A stretch of 53,627 nucleotides of DNA. Origin: Phototrophicaceae bacterium (GTDB lineage: Bacteria; Chloroflexota; Anaerolineae; Aggregatilineales; Phototrophicaceae). This document shows, one piece after another, positions 38,413 to 48,046 of this stretch; position 1 is the first letter of the stretch, and each line of letters opens with the position of its first letter. The stretch covers positions 1 through 53,627 of the forward strand of contig DASZXN010000443.1 in the NCBI GenBank assembly GCA_035545875.1. Direction: 5' to 3'. A program made the translations under genes and the position numbers. The notes under the pieces are model-generated. The model was not told where the DNA came from. It searched no databases and saw only the letters and a list, made by a program, of their open reading frames with translations.

Positions 38413-39575
38413 GGTCTTTCTCCTGCGGTGCCTTCCGGCTCGGCAGCAAGCTGCTGTTCCGCACGCATGGCCGCAACTTCCTGCGTGATGTCAATTCCAA
38501 CCGGACACCAGGTAATACAGCGACCACAGCCGACACACCCCGAAGTGCCAAACTGATCGATCCAGGCGGCGAGCTTATGGGTCATCCACTGGCGATAACG
38601 GGACTTGACCGAAGCACGAATACTGCCGCCGACGATGTAGGAGAAATCGGTCGTAAAGCACGAGTCCCATTTGCGCCAGCGTTCAGCGCTTTCTCCCCGC
38701 AAATCGGTGACATCTTCGACCGTGCTACAGAAGCAGGTTGGACAAACCATTGTGCAGTTACCGCACGCCAGACAGCGCGTGGCGATCTCATCCCAGTGGG
38801 GATGCTCGTAATTGGCATAGAGAAATTTCTTGAGATCGGTCGTATCGAGTGTTCGCCCCATGCTGGCGGTCGTCTGGGCGACAATTTGCGCTGCCGCCTC
38901 GATTTCTTCGTCTGTGGCAGGATGATGCGGCAGCAAGCTCAAAATATCTGCGCCCGCGCTGCTGCCTGCTTCGACAACAAAGTAGTGATGTTCTTCTTGA
39001 ATGACTTCGGTCAGTCCAAGATCAAACCCCGTATCCGCTTTCGGCCCAGTTTTCATCGACGCACAGAAACAGGTGTTGCCGGCATGACCACAGTTCACGG
39101 CCACGATAAACAGCTTCTCGCGCTGCGCCTTGTAGAGAGGATCGGGATAATCGCCGCCGAGAAAAATACGATCCTGGATAGCAATCGCGTTCAGTTCACA
39201 AGCACGCACACCAATCAACGCCAGCGGTGTCGCTGCTTGCTGCTCAGGAACAAACTGGAAATTGCCGTCGTATTTCTGGGCTTGCCACAAACGTAGAGTG
39301 GGAGGATAGAGAAATTTCTTCCAGGAGTGGGGACTAAGGGTGTAAGCAAATAATTGTTGATGATCTAGTTTTTGAAGTCGATAGCTGCCTCGCTCTAGTT
39401 GATCCTGATACCCGATGGGAAGATCAGTCACGGATGTTAGCTGATCGTAGACGACTGTTCCGTGACGAACCGTCGGACCGACCAACCGATACCCCTTGTT
39501 GGTCAGAGCATCGAAAAGACTCTGAAAATCCCGACGGTCGATTACATAGGAAGTTCGATCCTCCTGTTGCGACAT
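38409..39575 (-). CDS. Group 3b hydrogenase beta subunit (AsrA-like Fe-S protein)
   Basis: [37 protein letters not shown]. Confidence 0.94.
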   Translation of the reverse strand: MSQQEDRTSYVIDRRDFQSLFDALTNKGYRLVGPTVRHGTVVYDQLTSVTDLPIGYQDQLERGSYRLQKLDHQQLFAYTLSPHSWKKFLYPPTLRLWQAQKYDGNFQFVPEQQAATPLALIGVRACELNAIAIQDRIFLGGDYPDPLYKAQREKLFIVAVNCGHAGNTCFCASMKTGPKADTGFDLGLTEVIQEEHHYFVVEAGSSAGADILSLLPHHPATDEEIEAAAQIVAQTTASMGRTLDTTDLKKFLYANYEHPHWDEIATRCLACGNCTMVCPTCFCSTVEDVTDLRGESAERWRKWDSCFTTDFSYIVGGSIRASVKSRYRQWMTHKLAAWIDQFGTSGCVGCGRCITWCPVGIDITQEVAAMRAEQQLAAEPEGTAGERP

Positions 39576-39689
39576 AGGCCCCGTCCTTTAATCTTCATGA
39601 TGTAAGTGATGATGATGAGCTGTCCCATTGGCTCTGTCCATCGCTCCATTACGATTCGTATTCGCTTGATCGTACACCCAAAAACGATA

Positions 39690-39707
39690 TCGTGCAACAA
39701 ATCACAA
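39690..39707. promoter_or_regulatory. Rex-like box upstream of the group 3b hydrogenase operon
   Basis: TCGTGC-AACAAA-TCACAA (reverse complement TTGTGATTTGTTGCACGA). Confidence 0.5.
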
Positions 39708-39865
39708 TGTGGTTGCTGCGTCAAATTCAACGGGTTGCGAACTAACGCAAAACCCTACAAACAATTAAATTGGCAGCAAACCCAAAGCAGATCAGATCAG
39801 CAATATCTCCGTCCGTTATTGTTAATGAAATCATCGTTAATTGGCATTTCATAAAGAAGTGGTTC

Positions 39866-39879
39866 AGGACTAAAGTTCC
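39866..39879. promoter_or_regulatory. DosR/NarL-like box
   Basis: AGGACTAAAGTTCC; 12/14 match to the GGGACTAAAGTCCC core. Confidence 0.4.
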
Positions 39880-39971
39880 GTTTTGAAATCATGAAGAATT
39901 TCCTATAATCGTAAATAATTACGGCAAAAATGAATAGTCGTAATATTGTTCAATGGATGGAGTAATATGAA

Positions 39972-42830
39972 TTGGATCGACACATACTTCGAAAAGCTGC
40001 CGTCCTCTTCACCCTCGCCGTAGCCGCTGTGAGCCTGATCGCTCACACAACAACGCAAGCTCGTTCGGTGTCCTACACCGTCCCGTTTAATCCCAACAGC
40101 GTCTGGAATCGCCCAATTGCCGCAAACGCGGCACTCAGCCCAAATTCGGCGCAGATGATCCAGTATCTCATTTCTGCTGCTGGTACATCGGTGAACATCG
40201 ACGGCATTACCAATCGATGGTCAAGCCCGGTGTACAACGTTCCATCCGGGACACCACTTCAGCAGGTGTGCTCTAGCAGCAGCTCCAGTGTTTGCGACAT
40301 GGTACCGATACCTTCAGGCTTTTATCCGTCTCCTGACTCTGACGCCAAGGCTATCATTATTGATGCCAGCACGAATCACGCCTGGAGCTTCTGGGGAATG
40401 TCAAAAAGCGGTGGGAACTGGAAATCAACCTATGGTGCCTTCGGCTGGGTTTATACCACGACTCAGGGGGATGGAATCCATAATTATGGTGGTGGTCAGT
40501 GGGGAGGCCGCGCCACTGGCTGGAACTACGACGCTGGCCTGATCTACCCACAGGAAATTCAGGCGGGCGTCATTAACCATGCGCTTGCCATTATTATTCC
40601 GGGCCAGGCAGCAACGTCGGGAACCTACGTGTGGCCTGCGCGCGGCACCGATGGTTATTCGACCAGCTCCAATGCGATTCCGCTCGGCTCGCACATCCAG
40701 CTTGATCCCAGTATTGATGTCAATACGCTGTCTCTCAGCGCAGGCGGCAAAATGATCGCGCGGGCGCTCCAGGTGTACGGCGGCTGGATTGGCGACACGG
40801 GCGATGTCGTCGGAGTCGATGTGCAGGAGTTTCTCACGGCGGACGGCACCGGAATTAATTCCGCCCCCTGGCAGGGCTTACTTACGGCCAATGATCTCGG
40901 CGGCATTCCCCTGAACAAACTCCGCGTGTTGCAGACGAATCAAAGCGACTATTACGTCGAAGGGGCTACATCGACGCCGAGCAGAGCACCGACCAATACC
41001 CCAACACGCACGCCGATACCCTCCAACACGCCGACACGCACACTAACCAATACGCCAACCAATACCTCAACATCCACGCCTTCTAATACCCCAACGCGCA
41101 CGCCAACATCCCCTAACACACCGACGCGCACACTAACCAATACTTCAACATCCACACCGTCTAATACGCCGACACGCACGCCCTCCTATACCCCAACGCG
41201 CGTACCGTCTAACACACCAACGCGCACACCGTCTAACACGCCCTCCTATACCCCGACGCGCACACTAACCAATACTTCAACATCCACACCGTCTAATACG
41301 CCGACACGCACACCCTCCTATACCCCAACGCGCGTACCGTCTAACACCCCAACGCGCACACCGAGGCGCGCACCAACTAATACCCCAACACGCACACCGA
41401 GGCGCTGGCCGACGCGCGCACCGAGAAACAATACGTGGCAGCGGCCAACGGCAACGCCAACCAGGACTCCGTCCCCGACAGCGGCCAGTTTCGCGCCGGC
41501 GCTCGCCAATAATCAAGCGGCGGTGGTACAAGCGCTCCCCGGCGGCTATCAGGTGATTGAATCCAATACGGTCAACGGGGGAGCCGGCTGGAAGCTCATG
41601 ACACAACCCAGCGGCGCCAGCGGGAGTTCATACCTGATGAACACCAATTCGGCGACCCGCTTATCGTTGCCATTCCAGGGCACCAGTATTGGCGTAGCGT
41701 TCCTGGCCGGGCCGTCATTTGGTCAGTTCTCCATCGTGGTAGACGGCGGAACTCAGCGGGGAGTGAATACAAACGCCCCTAATTATCAATTCGGCTATGT
41801 GATTGTAAACGGGTTGAGTGCAGGAGCGCATACCGTCCAAATCGTACCTTCGGCAGGCGTTATTGGAATCGATGCCTTCCTCGTCCCAGTAGTCGCCGCG
41901 CCACAATCTCTGGCGAAGCAGCCGCCGACAAGTACGACTGTGCCGCCGACGGCCTTGCCATTCCCCACCGTGAATATCCCAGTAGTCAGCCCGCCCGTCA
42001 ATGCAGTGAAGCCCACAGAAGTAGTACCGCTGCCGCTGCCTGCGAACACTTCCAACACGGATAATTCACAGTTGCCGACAGCCCTGCCATTCCCGACGCT
42101 GAATATTCCTAACGCCCAGCCTTCGACCATCGCGACAGCACAGACCGTAGTACCGGTGAGTGCGCTGCCCGTGACTGACAACATGGATAACGGCGCTCAG
42201 GACTGGCAGGTCACTGGGAACTGGCAGCTTACCTCGTCGGCTGCCTATAACGGCGTTGGACTGGGCTGGCGAGCAGCAGGCGGGACGCCGAATATCCTGC
42301 GTTGGAATCGGCCAATCGACCTCCACAGCGTGTCCAGCGCATCCCTCTCGGTGCAGTCCATGCTCATCAGCGCGAACCCTGCTCTGGTTCAAATCAGCAG
42401 CGACGGCACCAACTGGACAAGCATCGGAAGCATCCCGGCATCTCCACAGTGGCAGACAGCCAGCGTGGACTTAAGCGCTTATGTCGGTCAGGTGATTCAG
42501 CTTCAGTTCATGTGGGTATCGCCGAGTCCCGGCGACACCTGGCAGCTTGACAACGTGACTGTCAGCACATTGCAACCCAATCTGCCGACAGCAACGCTGC
42601 CTGCGGCGACTCAGACTGTTCCAACGGCTTTGTCGCCCGAACCGACACAAGCTGAACCGACAGCTTCGCTGCCGCCACCAACTGTAGCTCCCACCAATAC
42701 GTCAGTGCCTCCGCCAGCCACGCCCGTACCAACAAATACGAGCGTTCCAACGGATGTTCCGACGCGCAGGCACAGACATGATTCGACGCCAACGCCTGCC
42801 CCCGCTGCAACGGATACCGTCCAGTCTTAG
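39972..42830 (+). CDS. Large secreted multi-domain protein with Thr/Pro-rich linkers and putative carbohydrate-binding beta-sandwich modules
   Basis: Signal peptide, ~300-aa Gly/Trp-rich globular domain, TPTRTP repeats, two beta-rich domains; TTG start after GGAG. Confidence 0.85.
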   Translation: MDRHILRKAAVLFTLAVAAVSLIAHTTTQARSVSYTVPFNPNSVWNRPIAANAALSPNSAQMIQYLISAAGTSVNIDGITNRWSSPVYNVPSGTPLQQVCSSSSSSVCDMVPIPSGFYPSPDSDAKAIIIDASTNHAWSFWGMSKSGGNWKSTYGAFGWVYTTTQGDGIHNYGGGQWGGRATGWNYDAGLIYPQEIQAGVINHALAIIIPGQAATSGTYVWPARGTDGYSTSSNAIPLGSHIQLDPSIDVNTLSLSAGGKMIARALQVYGGWIGDTGDVVGVDVQEFLTADGTGINSAPWQGLLTANDLGGIPLNKLRVLQTNQSDYYVEGATSTPSRAPTNTPTRTPIPSNTPTRTLTNTPTNTSTSTPSNTPTRTPTSPNTPTRTLTNTSTSTPSNTPTRTPSYTPTRVPSNTPTRTPSNTPSYTPTRTLTNTSTSTPSNTPTRTPSYTPTRVPSNTPTRTPRRAPTNTPTRTPRRWPTRAPRNNTWQRPTATPTRTPSPTAASFAPALANNQAAVVQALPGGYQVIESNTVNGGAGWKLMTQPSGASGSSYLMNTNSATRLSLPFQGTSIGVAFLAGPSFGQFSIVVDGGTQRGVNTNAPNYQFGYVIVNGLSAGAHTVQIVPSAGVIGIDAFLVPVVAAPQSLAKQPPTSTTVPPTALPFPTVNIPVVSPPVNAVKPTEVVPLPLPANTSNTDNSQLPTALPFPTLNIPNAQPSTIATAQTVVPVSALPVTDNMDNGAQDWQVTGNWQLTSSAAYNGVGLGWRAAGGTPNILRWNRPIDLHSVSSASLSVQSMLISANPALVQISSDGTNWTSIGSIPASPQWQTASVDLSAYVGQVIQLQFMWVSPSPGDTWQLDNVTVSTLQPNLPTATLPAATQTVPTALSPEPTQAEPTASLPPPTVAPTNTSVPPPATPVPTNTSVPTDVPTRRHRHDSTPTPAPAATDTVQS
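41121..41363 (+). repeat. Intragenic tandem duplication with 132-bp period (44-aa Thr/Pro unit)
   Basis: CCGACGCGCACACTAACCAATACTTCAACATCCACACCGTCTAATACG begins at both 41121 and 41253; lies within shorter degenerate repeats from ~40970 to 41480. Confidence 0.85.
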
Positions 42831-42843
42831 CCTTCAATGAACG

Positions 42844-42888
42844 GGTGCAGCCGGATCGCGCTGTGCGATCCGGCTGCACCGTTGTTTT
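42844..42888 (+). terminator. Intrinsic terminator
   Basis: 16-bp stem GGTGCAGCCGGATCGC / GCGATCCGGCTGCACC followed by GTTGTTTT. Confidence 0.8.
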
Positions 42889-43254
42889 CCCCTGCGGCAA
42901 ATACCTCATCCCGGCAAGCGATTAACATCTCGCTGCGTGAAAACACGGCGCGCCTGGAAATGGATACAGCGCCCTCAGTTTTGCCTGAGCGACTTTACAG
43001 CCGTTTTAAGGTACGGAAATGTGTTAGCTCAGTCGCAAGGTCAGCCGAGCCTTCTGTTGTGGTGGCGAAAGGTTCGTTTCCTAGCATTGTGATCAGGCGA
43101 ATACCATGTTTGTGCAGCCGCGCTGTATTGAGCGTACGCCATTTGAGACGCTCGCTTGACCCAGGCGCACAAACACCTTGCACATCCGGTTATCCAATCA
43201 AGCGTTACCGGATGGCAATGAAATCAAAACCCTGTAACCGAGAGGAGATTTTCA

Positions 43255-44304
43255 ATGGATAAGGCAAGGCTGGGCGTGATTGGCTGTGGTTACTGGGGGC
43301 CAAATCTCATCCGCAACTTTGCGGAACTTTCACGATCTTCCCTGGTGGCCGTAGCCGACCTTTCCGACAAACGACTGGATTACATTCGCACCCGCTATCC
43401 TGAAGCGATCACCACCCAAGATTATCGACAATTCTTCAACCTATCGCTGGATGGCGTCATTGTGGCGACGCCGCCGCCGACGCACTTCGCCATCGCATCC
43501 GAGTGCCTTGAGCATGACCTTCACGTCCTTGTTGAGAAGCCGCTGGCGCTTTCCAGCGCCGAGGCGCAGACGCTGGTGCAGCTCGCGCGCAGTCATCAAC
43601 GGACGCTGATGGTCGGTCACACCTTTACTTATAATCCGGCAGTCCGAGCGCTCAAGCAGATCATCGACAGCGGTGAGCTAGGTCGGATTTTGTACATCGA
43701 CTCGGTGCGGCTGAATCTCGGCCTCTATCAGCGCGGCTTGAATGTGGTCTGGGATCTCGCGCCGCACGATGTATCGATCATTCGCTATTTGCTGGAACGA
43801 GAGCCGATCAGCGTTTCCGCTACGGGGATGGATTGCATCTTTAAAGGTGCTTACGACGTTGCCCATTTGCATCTGAATTTCGACGACCAGATTACGGCTC
43901 ACATCCACGTAAGCTGGCTTGACCCCTGCAAGGTGCGCCGGACTACGGTCGTTGGCGACCGTAAGATGGCTGTTTACGACGACGTTGAACCGCTCGAAAA
44001 GATTCGAATTTACGACAAAGGTGTTGAAAAACCCCCGTATACGGATAACTACGTGGACTTCCAGTTGAGTTATCGCTACGGCAACATGGTCGTCCCTTAT
44101 CTTCAACTGACCGAGCCGCTGAAAATTGAATGCGAGCATTTCATCGAGTGCATTCTGGGAGTCGCCGAAACCTGGAGCGATGGCATCGACGGTTTACAGG
44201 TTGTCAGAACCCTGGAAAGCGCACAGCGCTCGCTCGAAAACGGCGGAACCCAGCAGGTGATCGAAGCTCAACAGGAGATCGATTTTGAACACCATCATGT
44301 ATGA
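43255..44304 (+). CDS. Gfo/Idh/MocA oxidoreductase (WbpB/WlbA-like nucleotide-sugar dehydrogenase)
   Basis: GCGYWG, VLVEKP, MVGH, WDLAPHD motifs; gene context. Confidence 0.88.
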   Translation: MDKARLGVIGCGYWGPNLIRNFAELSRSSLVAVADLSDKRLDYIRTRYPEAITTQDYRQFFNLSLDGVIVATPPPTHFAIASECLEHDLHVLVEKPLALSSAEAQTLVQLARSHQRTLMVGHTFTYNPAVRALKQIIDSGELGRILYIDSVRLNLGLYQRGLNVVWDLAPHDVSIIRYLLEREPISVSATGMDCIFKGAYDVAHLHLNFDDQITAHIHVSWLDPCKVRRTTVVGDRKMAVYDDVEPLEKIRIYDKGVEKPPYTDNYVDFQLSYRYGNMVVPYLQLTEPLKIECEHFIECILGVAETWSDGIDGLQVVRTLESAQRSLENGGTQQVIEAQQEIDFEHHHV

Positions 44305-44953
44305 ATCGACCGACAACGTCGTCCTCGGTTCCGATTGCCAAATTGATTCCGGCGTTGTTCTCGGCTATCTGACAGGCAGGCACATTGCCGATCAAACCCT
44401 GCAAATCGGGAGCGGCGGACGTATCCGCTCCGGGACGGTGATCTATGCAGGCAGCCGAATTGGGAACAACCTGCAAACCGGGCACAACGTCGTCATTCGT
44501 GAAGAAAATGTCATCGGCGACGATTTGAATATCTGGAATAACTCGGTGATTGATTACGGCTGCGTCATCGGCAACAACTGCAAAATTCACTGCAACGTGT
44601 ACATCGCTCAGTTCACCACGCTCGAAGACGACGTATTTCTCGCGCCGGGCGTGTCCATCGCCAATGATCCGCATCCGCTGTGCGGCAGGTGTATGCGCGG
44701 CCCGCTGATCAAGCGGGGCGCTCGGATTGGCGTCAACGTCACGCTGCTGCCGCTCATTACCATCGGTGAAGGCGCATTGATCGGCGCAGGCAGCGTCGTC
44801 ACCCACGACATCCCGCCCTTTAGCGTCTGCTATGGCAATCCGGCTCGTCCATATAAAGGGGTTGATTCCCTGATCTGTCGCTTTGGCTATGTCGCACATC
44901 CCTATGTTCGAGGCGAAGATGTGCGCGCACGAAATCTGAGGAGCGAACCATGA
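44297..44953 (+). CDS. Hexapeptide-repeat N-acetyltransferase (WbpD/WlbB-like)
   Basis: Left-handed beta-helix repeats; NDPHP, GAGSVVT, GNPA. Confidence 0.88.
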   Translation: MYESTDNVVLGSDCQIDSGVVLGYLTGRHIADQTLQIGSGGRIRSGTVIYAGSRIGNNLQTGHNVVIREENVIGDDLNIWNNSVIDYGCVIGNNCKIHCNVYIAQFTTLEDDVFLAPGVSIANDPHPLCGRCMRGPLIKRGARIGVNVTLLPLITIGEGALIGAGSVVTHDIPPFSVCYGNPARPYKGVDSLICRFGYVAHPYVRGEDVRARNLRSEP

Positions 44954-46065
44954 AAGTACCGTTTGTCGATCTGCATCTTCAGCATCAGAACCTGCACGAT
45001 GAGCTAGCGCAGCAGTTTCAGACCGTCATGGCGCGCTGCGATTTTGCTCTGGGTGAGGACGTCACCCGTCTGGAAGAAGAATTTGCCTCATATCTCGGCA
45101 TACCCTATGCCGTCGGAGTGGATTCTGGCCTTTCGGCACTGGAACTCGCGTTGCGAGCCTACGGGATCGGCGCGGGCGATGAAGTGATCGTTCCCGCGCA
45201 TACTTTCATTGCGACGGCAGCAGCGGTCACATTTTGCGGCGCAAAGCCCATCTTCGTCGATGTAAACCCGTGTACCTACGACATCGACGTGGCTCAGGCG
45301 GAAGCGGCCATCACGCCGCACACGCGGGCGATCATTCCCGTACATCTCTATGGCTTACCTGCCGACATGAGCGGCGTGCTTACGCTTGCGGCAAGGCATG
45401 GGCTGCTGGTCGTCGAGGATGCGTGCCAGGCGCACGGCGCACTGTATGGACAGCAGCGAACAGGAACGCTCGGACATGCCGGAGCCTTCAGCTTCTATCC
45501 GACGAAGAACCTCGGCGCTTGCGGCGATGCGGGAATGCTGGTCACACGGGATGCGCAGATTGCCGAGCGCGTGCGCGCCATGCGGAACTGCGGCCAGCGG
45601 GTCAAATACTGCCACGAATTTGCGCCTTTCAACCATCGGCTCGATACCTTGCAAGCGGCGATCCTGCGGGTCAAGCTGCCGCATCTTGATTCGTGGAACG
45701 AGGCGCGAATGCGCGCTGCGAAATTGTACGACTCGCTTTTGGCCGATTGCCCGCTGCGTCTGCCCACCAGAGAAGAGCGCTCTACGCACGTTCATCACCT
45801 GTACGTCGTTCGCACAGCCGACAGAGACGCCCTCCAAGCCTATCTGAAAACGAAAGGGGTAGGTACGGCAATCCATTATCCAGCCCCTGTCCACGTACAG
45901 CCGTTTTATCTGGTCAACGGAGTTCCGCCAGCCGACTGCCCCCAGTCGGAGCAGTTGTGTGACGAAATCCTGTCACTGCCGATGTTTCCCGAAATCACGG
46001 ACGAGCAAGTGCGGTATGTCAGCACGCAGATACACACGTTTTTTGAGGAAGGGCTTCAAAGCTGA
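44950..46065 (+). CDS. DegT/DnrJ/EryC1/StrS aminotransferase (WbpE/WlbC-like)
   Basis: IPVHLYG, EDACQAHG, SFYPTKNLG motifs. Confidence 0.94.
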   Translation: MKVPFVDLHLQHQNLHDELAQQFQTVMARCDFALGEDVTRLEEEFASYLGIPYAVGVDSGLSALELALRAYGIGAGDEVIVPAHTFIATAAAVTFCGAKPIFVDVNPCTYDIDVAQAEAAITPHTRAIIPVHLYGLPADMSGVLTLAARHGLLVVEDACQAHGALYGQQRTGTLGHAGAFSFYPTKNLGACGDAGMLVTRDAQIAERVRAMRNCGQRVKYCHEFAPFNHRLDTLQAAILRVKLPHLDSWNEARMRAAKLYDSLLADCPLRLPTREERSTHVHHLYVVRTADRDALQAYLKTKGVGTAIHYPAPVHVQPFYLVNGVPPADCPQSEQLCDEILSLPMFPEITDEQVRYVSTQIHTFFEEGLQS

Positions 46066-46138
46066 AGTCCACTGCACCACTGCGCGGCGCGCTCCAGAAC
46101 TACAGCGGTGTCGTCGGTAAAAGTTTGGGAATGAAATC

Positions 46139-48010
46139 ATGTGCGGCATCTGTGGGGAATTTCGCTACGCGAACGACGCACCGATAGCGCAGGAATTCGT
46201 CAAGGCGATGACCCAACGCTTGCAGCATCGTGGGCCGGATGGCGCAGGGCATTACTTCGACGAAGGAAACAAAGTTGGGCTGGGACATCGCCGGTTGGCG
46301 ATTATCGATCTGGCAACCGGCGAACAGCCGATGAGCAACGGAGATGGCTCGCTGTGGATCGTCTTTAACGGCGAGATTTACAACTACCGCGAACTACGCC
46401 ATACGCTGGAAATATTAGGATACCATTTCCGAACCGCGTCCGACACTGAGGTGATCCTGCACGCCTATGAGCAGTATGGCGCGGAATGTCCCCGCTATTT
46501 CAATGGTATCTTCGCGTTCGCCATTTGGGATTCTCACGCCCATCAGCTTTTTCTGGCGCGCGATCATTTTGGCGTGAAGCCGCTTTATTACAGCGTGGCA
46601 GACGGCGTTTTTCGTTTTGCCTCCGAGCAGAAAGCGCTGCTCGCCGATTCCACATTTCCACGAGAAATCGACCTTGATGCCTTGTACTTAACCCTGACGT
46701 TCCGCTACTGCCCTGCGCCCTATACGCTGCTCTGCGGCATTCGCAAGCTCCCGCCCGGATGTTCGTTAAAGATCAGCACGGGCGGAATTGAGCAAAAGAA
46801 CTACGCGGGTGACCCGCCGCCCATTGATCGCACAACACGACCCGAAAGCTGGATTGCCGCGCTGCGGGAAGCCTACGAAGCCGCCGTTGCGCGCCAGATG
46901 GTCAGCGACGTGCCAATCGGAATTTCGTTGAGCGGCGGGGTCGATTCCGGTACGATCCTCGCGTTGATGAGCAGGCACTCAACTAGCCCGGTCTACGCTT
47001 TTACGGTTGGGTTTGCCGGGCGCGACGACGTAAACGAAATTGGAGCAGCGCATCAGCTTGCGACCCGTTTCGGCGCGGTCGCAACCACCAAGATGATCAC
47101 CGAGCAGGACTATGCGACGTTCATGGAACGTTACATCTGGCACATGGAGGAGCCAGTCGTCAACCAGTCGGCGGCGGCCTATTATTTCGTGGCAGCGATG
47201 GCGCGTGAACAAGGTGTCAAAGTCCTGCTCAATGGACAAGGGCCTGACGAGGCTTTTGGCGGCTATCCTCGTCACCTTGCCGCTGCGCTTACCGATAGGA
47301 TTCAGAGTCGAGCGCCGACAGCGCTGCCGCGCATGGCCTATCATTTCTCGCCCAGCGGGAAAATGCGCCAGCTCCTTGAAGCGGCCAGCACGCACGATGA
47401 AGCCTTGCGCTTAGTCCGTATCTACAACGTGCTGCCAGAAACGACACGTCGCAAGCTGCTTTCAGCGCAAGTGCGGCGTTCCGTCGCGCCGGATTTGCCC
47501 CAGCGCTGGTTGAGCGGGCAGCTTGCTCGCTTGCCCGAAGGATCGACGCTGGAGCGAATGCTTGCCTTCGATGCGCGCAACGATCTCTCTGAGGAACTCC
47601 TGCTCTCGGAAGATAAGATGGCGATGGCCGCCAGCGTCGAGGCGCGCGTGCCTTTCCTCGATGTCGAGGTGATGAAGATCGCCGAGCAGATACCCGGCGC
47701 GTTGAAGATTGGCCTCCGACAGCAGAAATCCATTCATAAAGCGGCTTGCGAAGCATGGCTGCCGCCGGAAGTCGTGCACCGAAAAAAGATCGGGTTCACG
47801 AGCGCCGCAGGAGAATGGCTGCGGGGTGTACTGGGCGAGGATTTTCGAGCGCGCATTGCCGCGCCGGATTCATTTGCGCGAACCTATCTCGATGTAGCCG
47901 AAGTCACGCGGCTGATCGACGAGCATTTATCGCAGCAGCATGATTTCCAGCGCATCCTGTTCCTGCTCTATTCGCTGGAACACTGGTATTCGATGTTTAT
48001 CTGCCCTTGA
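46139..48010 (+). CDS. asnB: Asparagine synthase-like glutamine amidotransferase (likely glycan amidation)
   Basis: MCGICG, HRGPD, FNGEIYN, LSGGVDS, EARVPFLD motifs. Confidence 0.9.
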   Translation: MCGICGEFRYANDAPIAQEFVKAMTQRLQHRGPDGAGHYFDEGNKVGLGHRRLAIIDLATGEQPMSNGDGSLWIVFNGEIYNYRELRHTLEILGYHFRTASDTEVILHAYEQYGAECPRYFNGIFAFAIWDSHAHQLFLARDHFGVKPLYYSVADGVFRFASEQKALLADSTFPREIDLDALYLTLTFRYCPAPYTLLCGIRKLPPGCSLKISTGGIEQKNYAGDPPPIDRTTRPESWIAALREAYEAAVARQMVSDVPIGISLSGGVDSGTILALMSRHSTSPVYAFTVGFAGRDDVNEIGAAHQLATRFGAVATTKMITEQDYATFMERYIWHMEEPVVNQSAAAYYFVAAMAREQGVKVLLNGQGPDEAFGGYPRHLAAALTDRIQSRAPTALPRMAYHFSPSGKMRQLLEAASTHDEALRLVRIYNVLPETTRRKLLSAQVRRSVAPDLPQRWLSGQLARLPEGSTLERMLAFDARNDLSEELLLSEDKMAMAASVEARVPFLDVEVMKIAEQIPGALKIGLRQQKSIHKAACEAWLPPEVVHRKKIGFTSAAGEWLRGVLGEDFRARIAAPDSFARTYLDVAEVTRLIDEHLSQQHDFQRILFLLYSLEHWYSMFICP

Positions 48011-48046
48011 GCGAGCCAACCGTCGCATCAGCAGACCGCGCCCCAA

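Noticed and set aside
46139-48010. Lasso-peptide cyclase interpretation of the AsnB-like gene
   Set aside because: It has an intact N-terminal Cys glutaminase domain, no B protein, RRE or precursor peptide nearby, and a glycan-biosynthesis context
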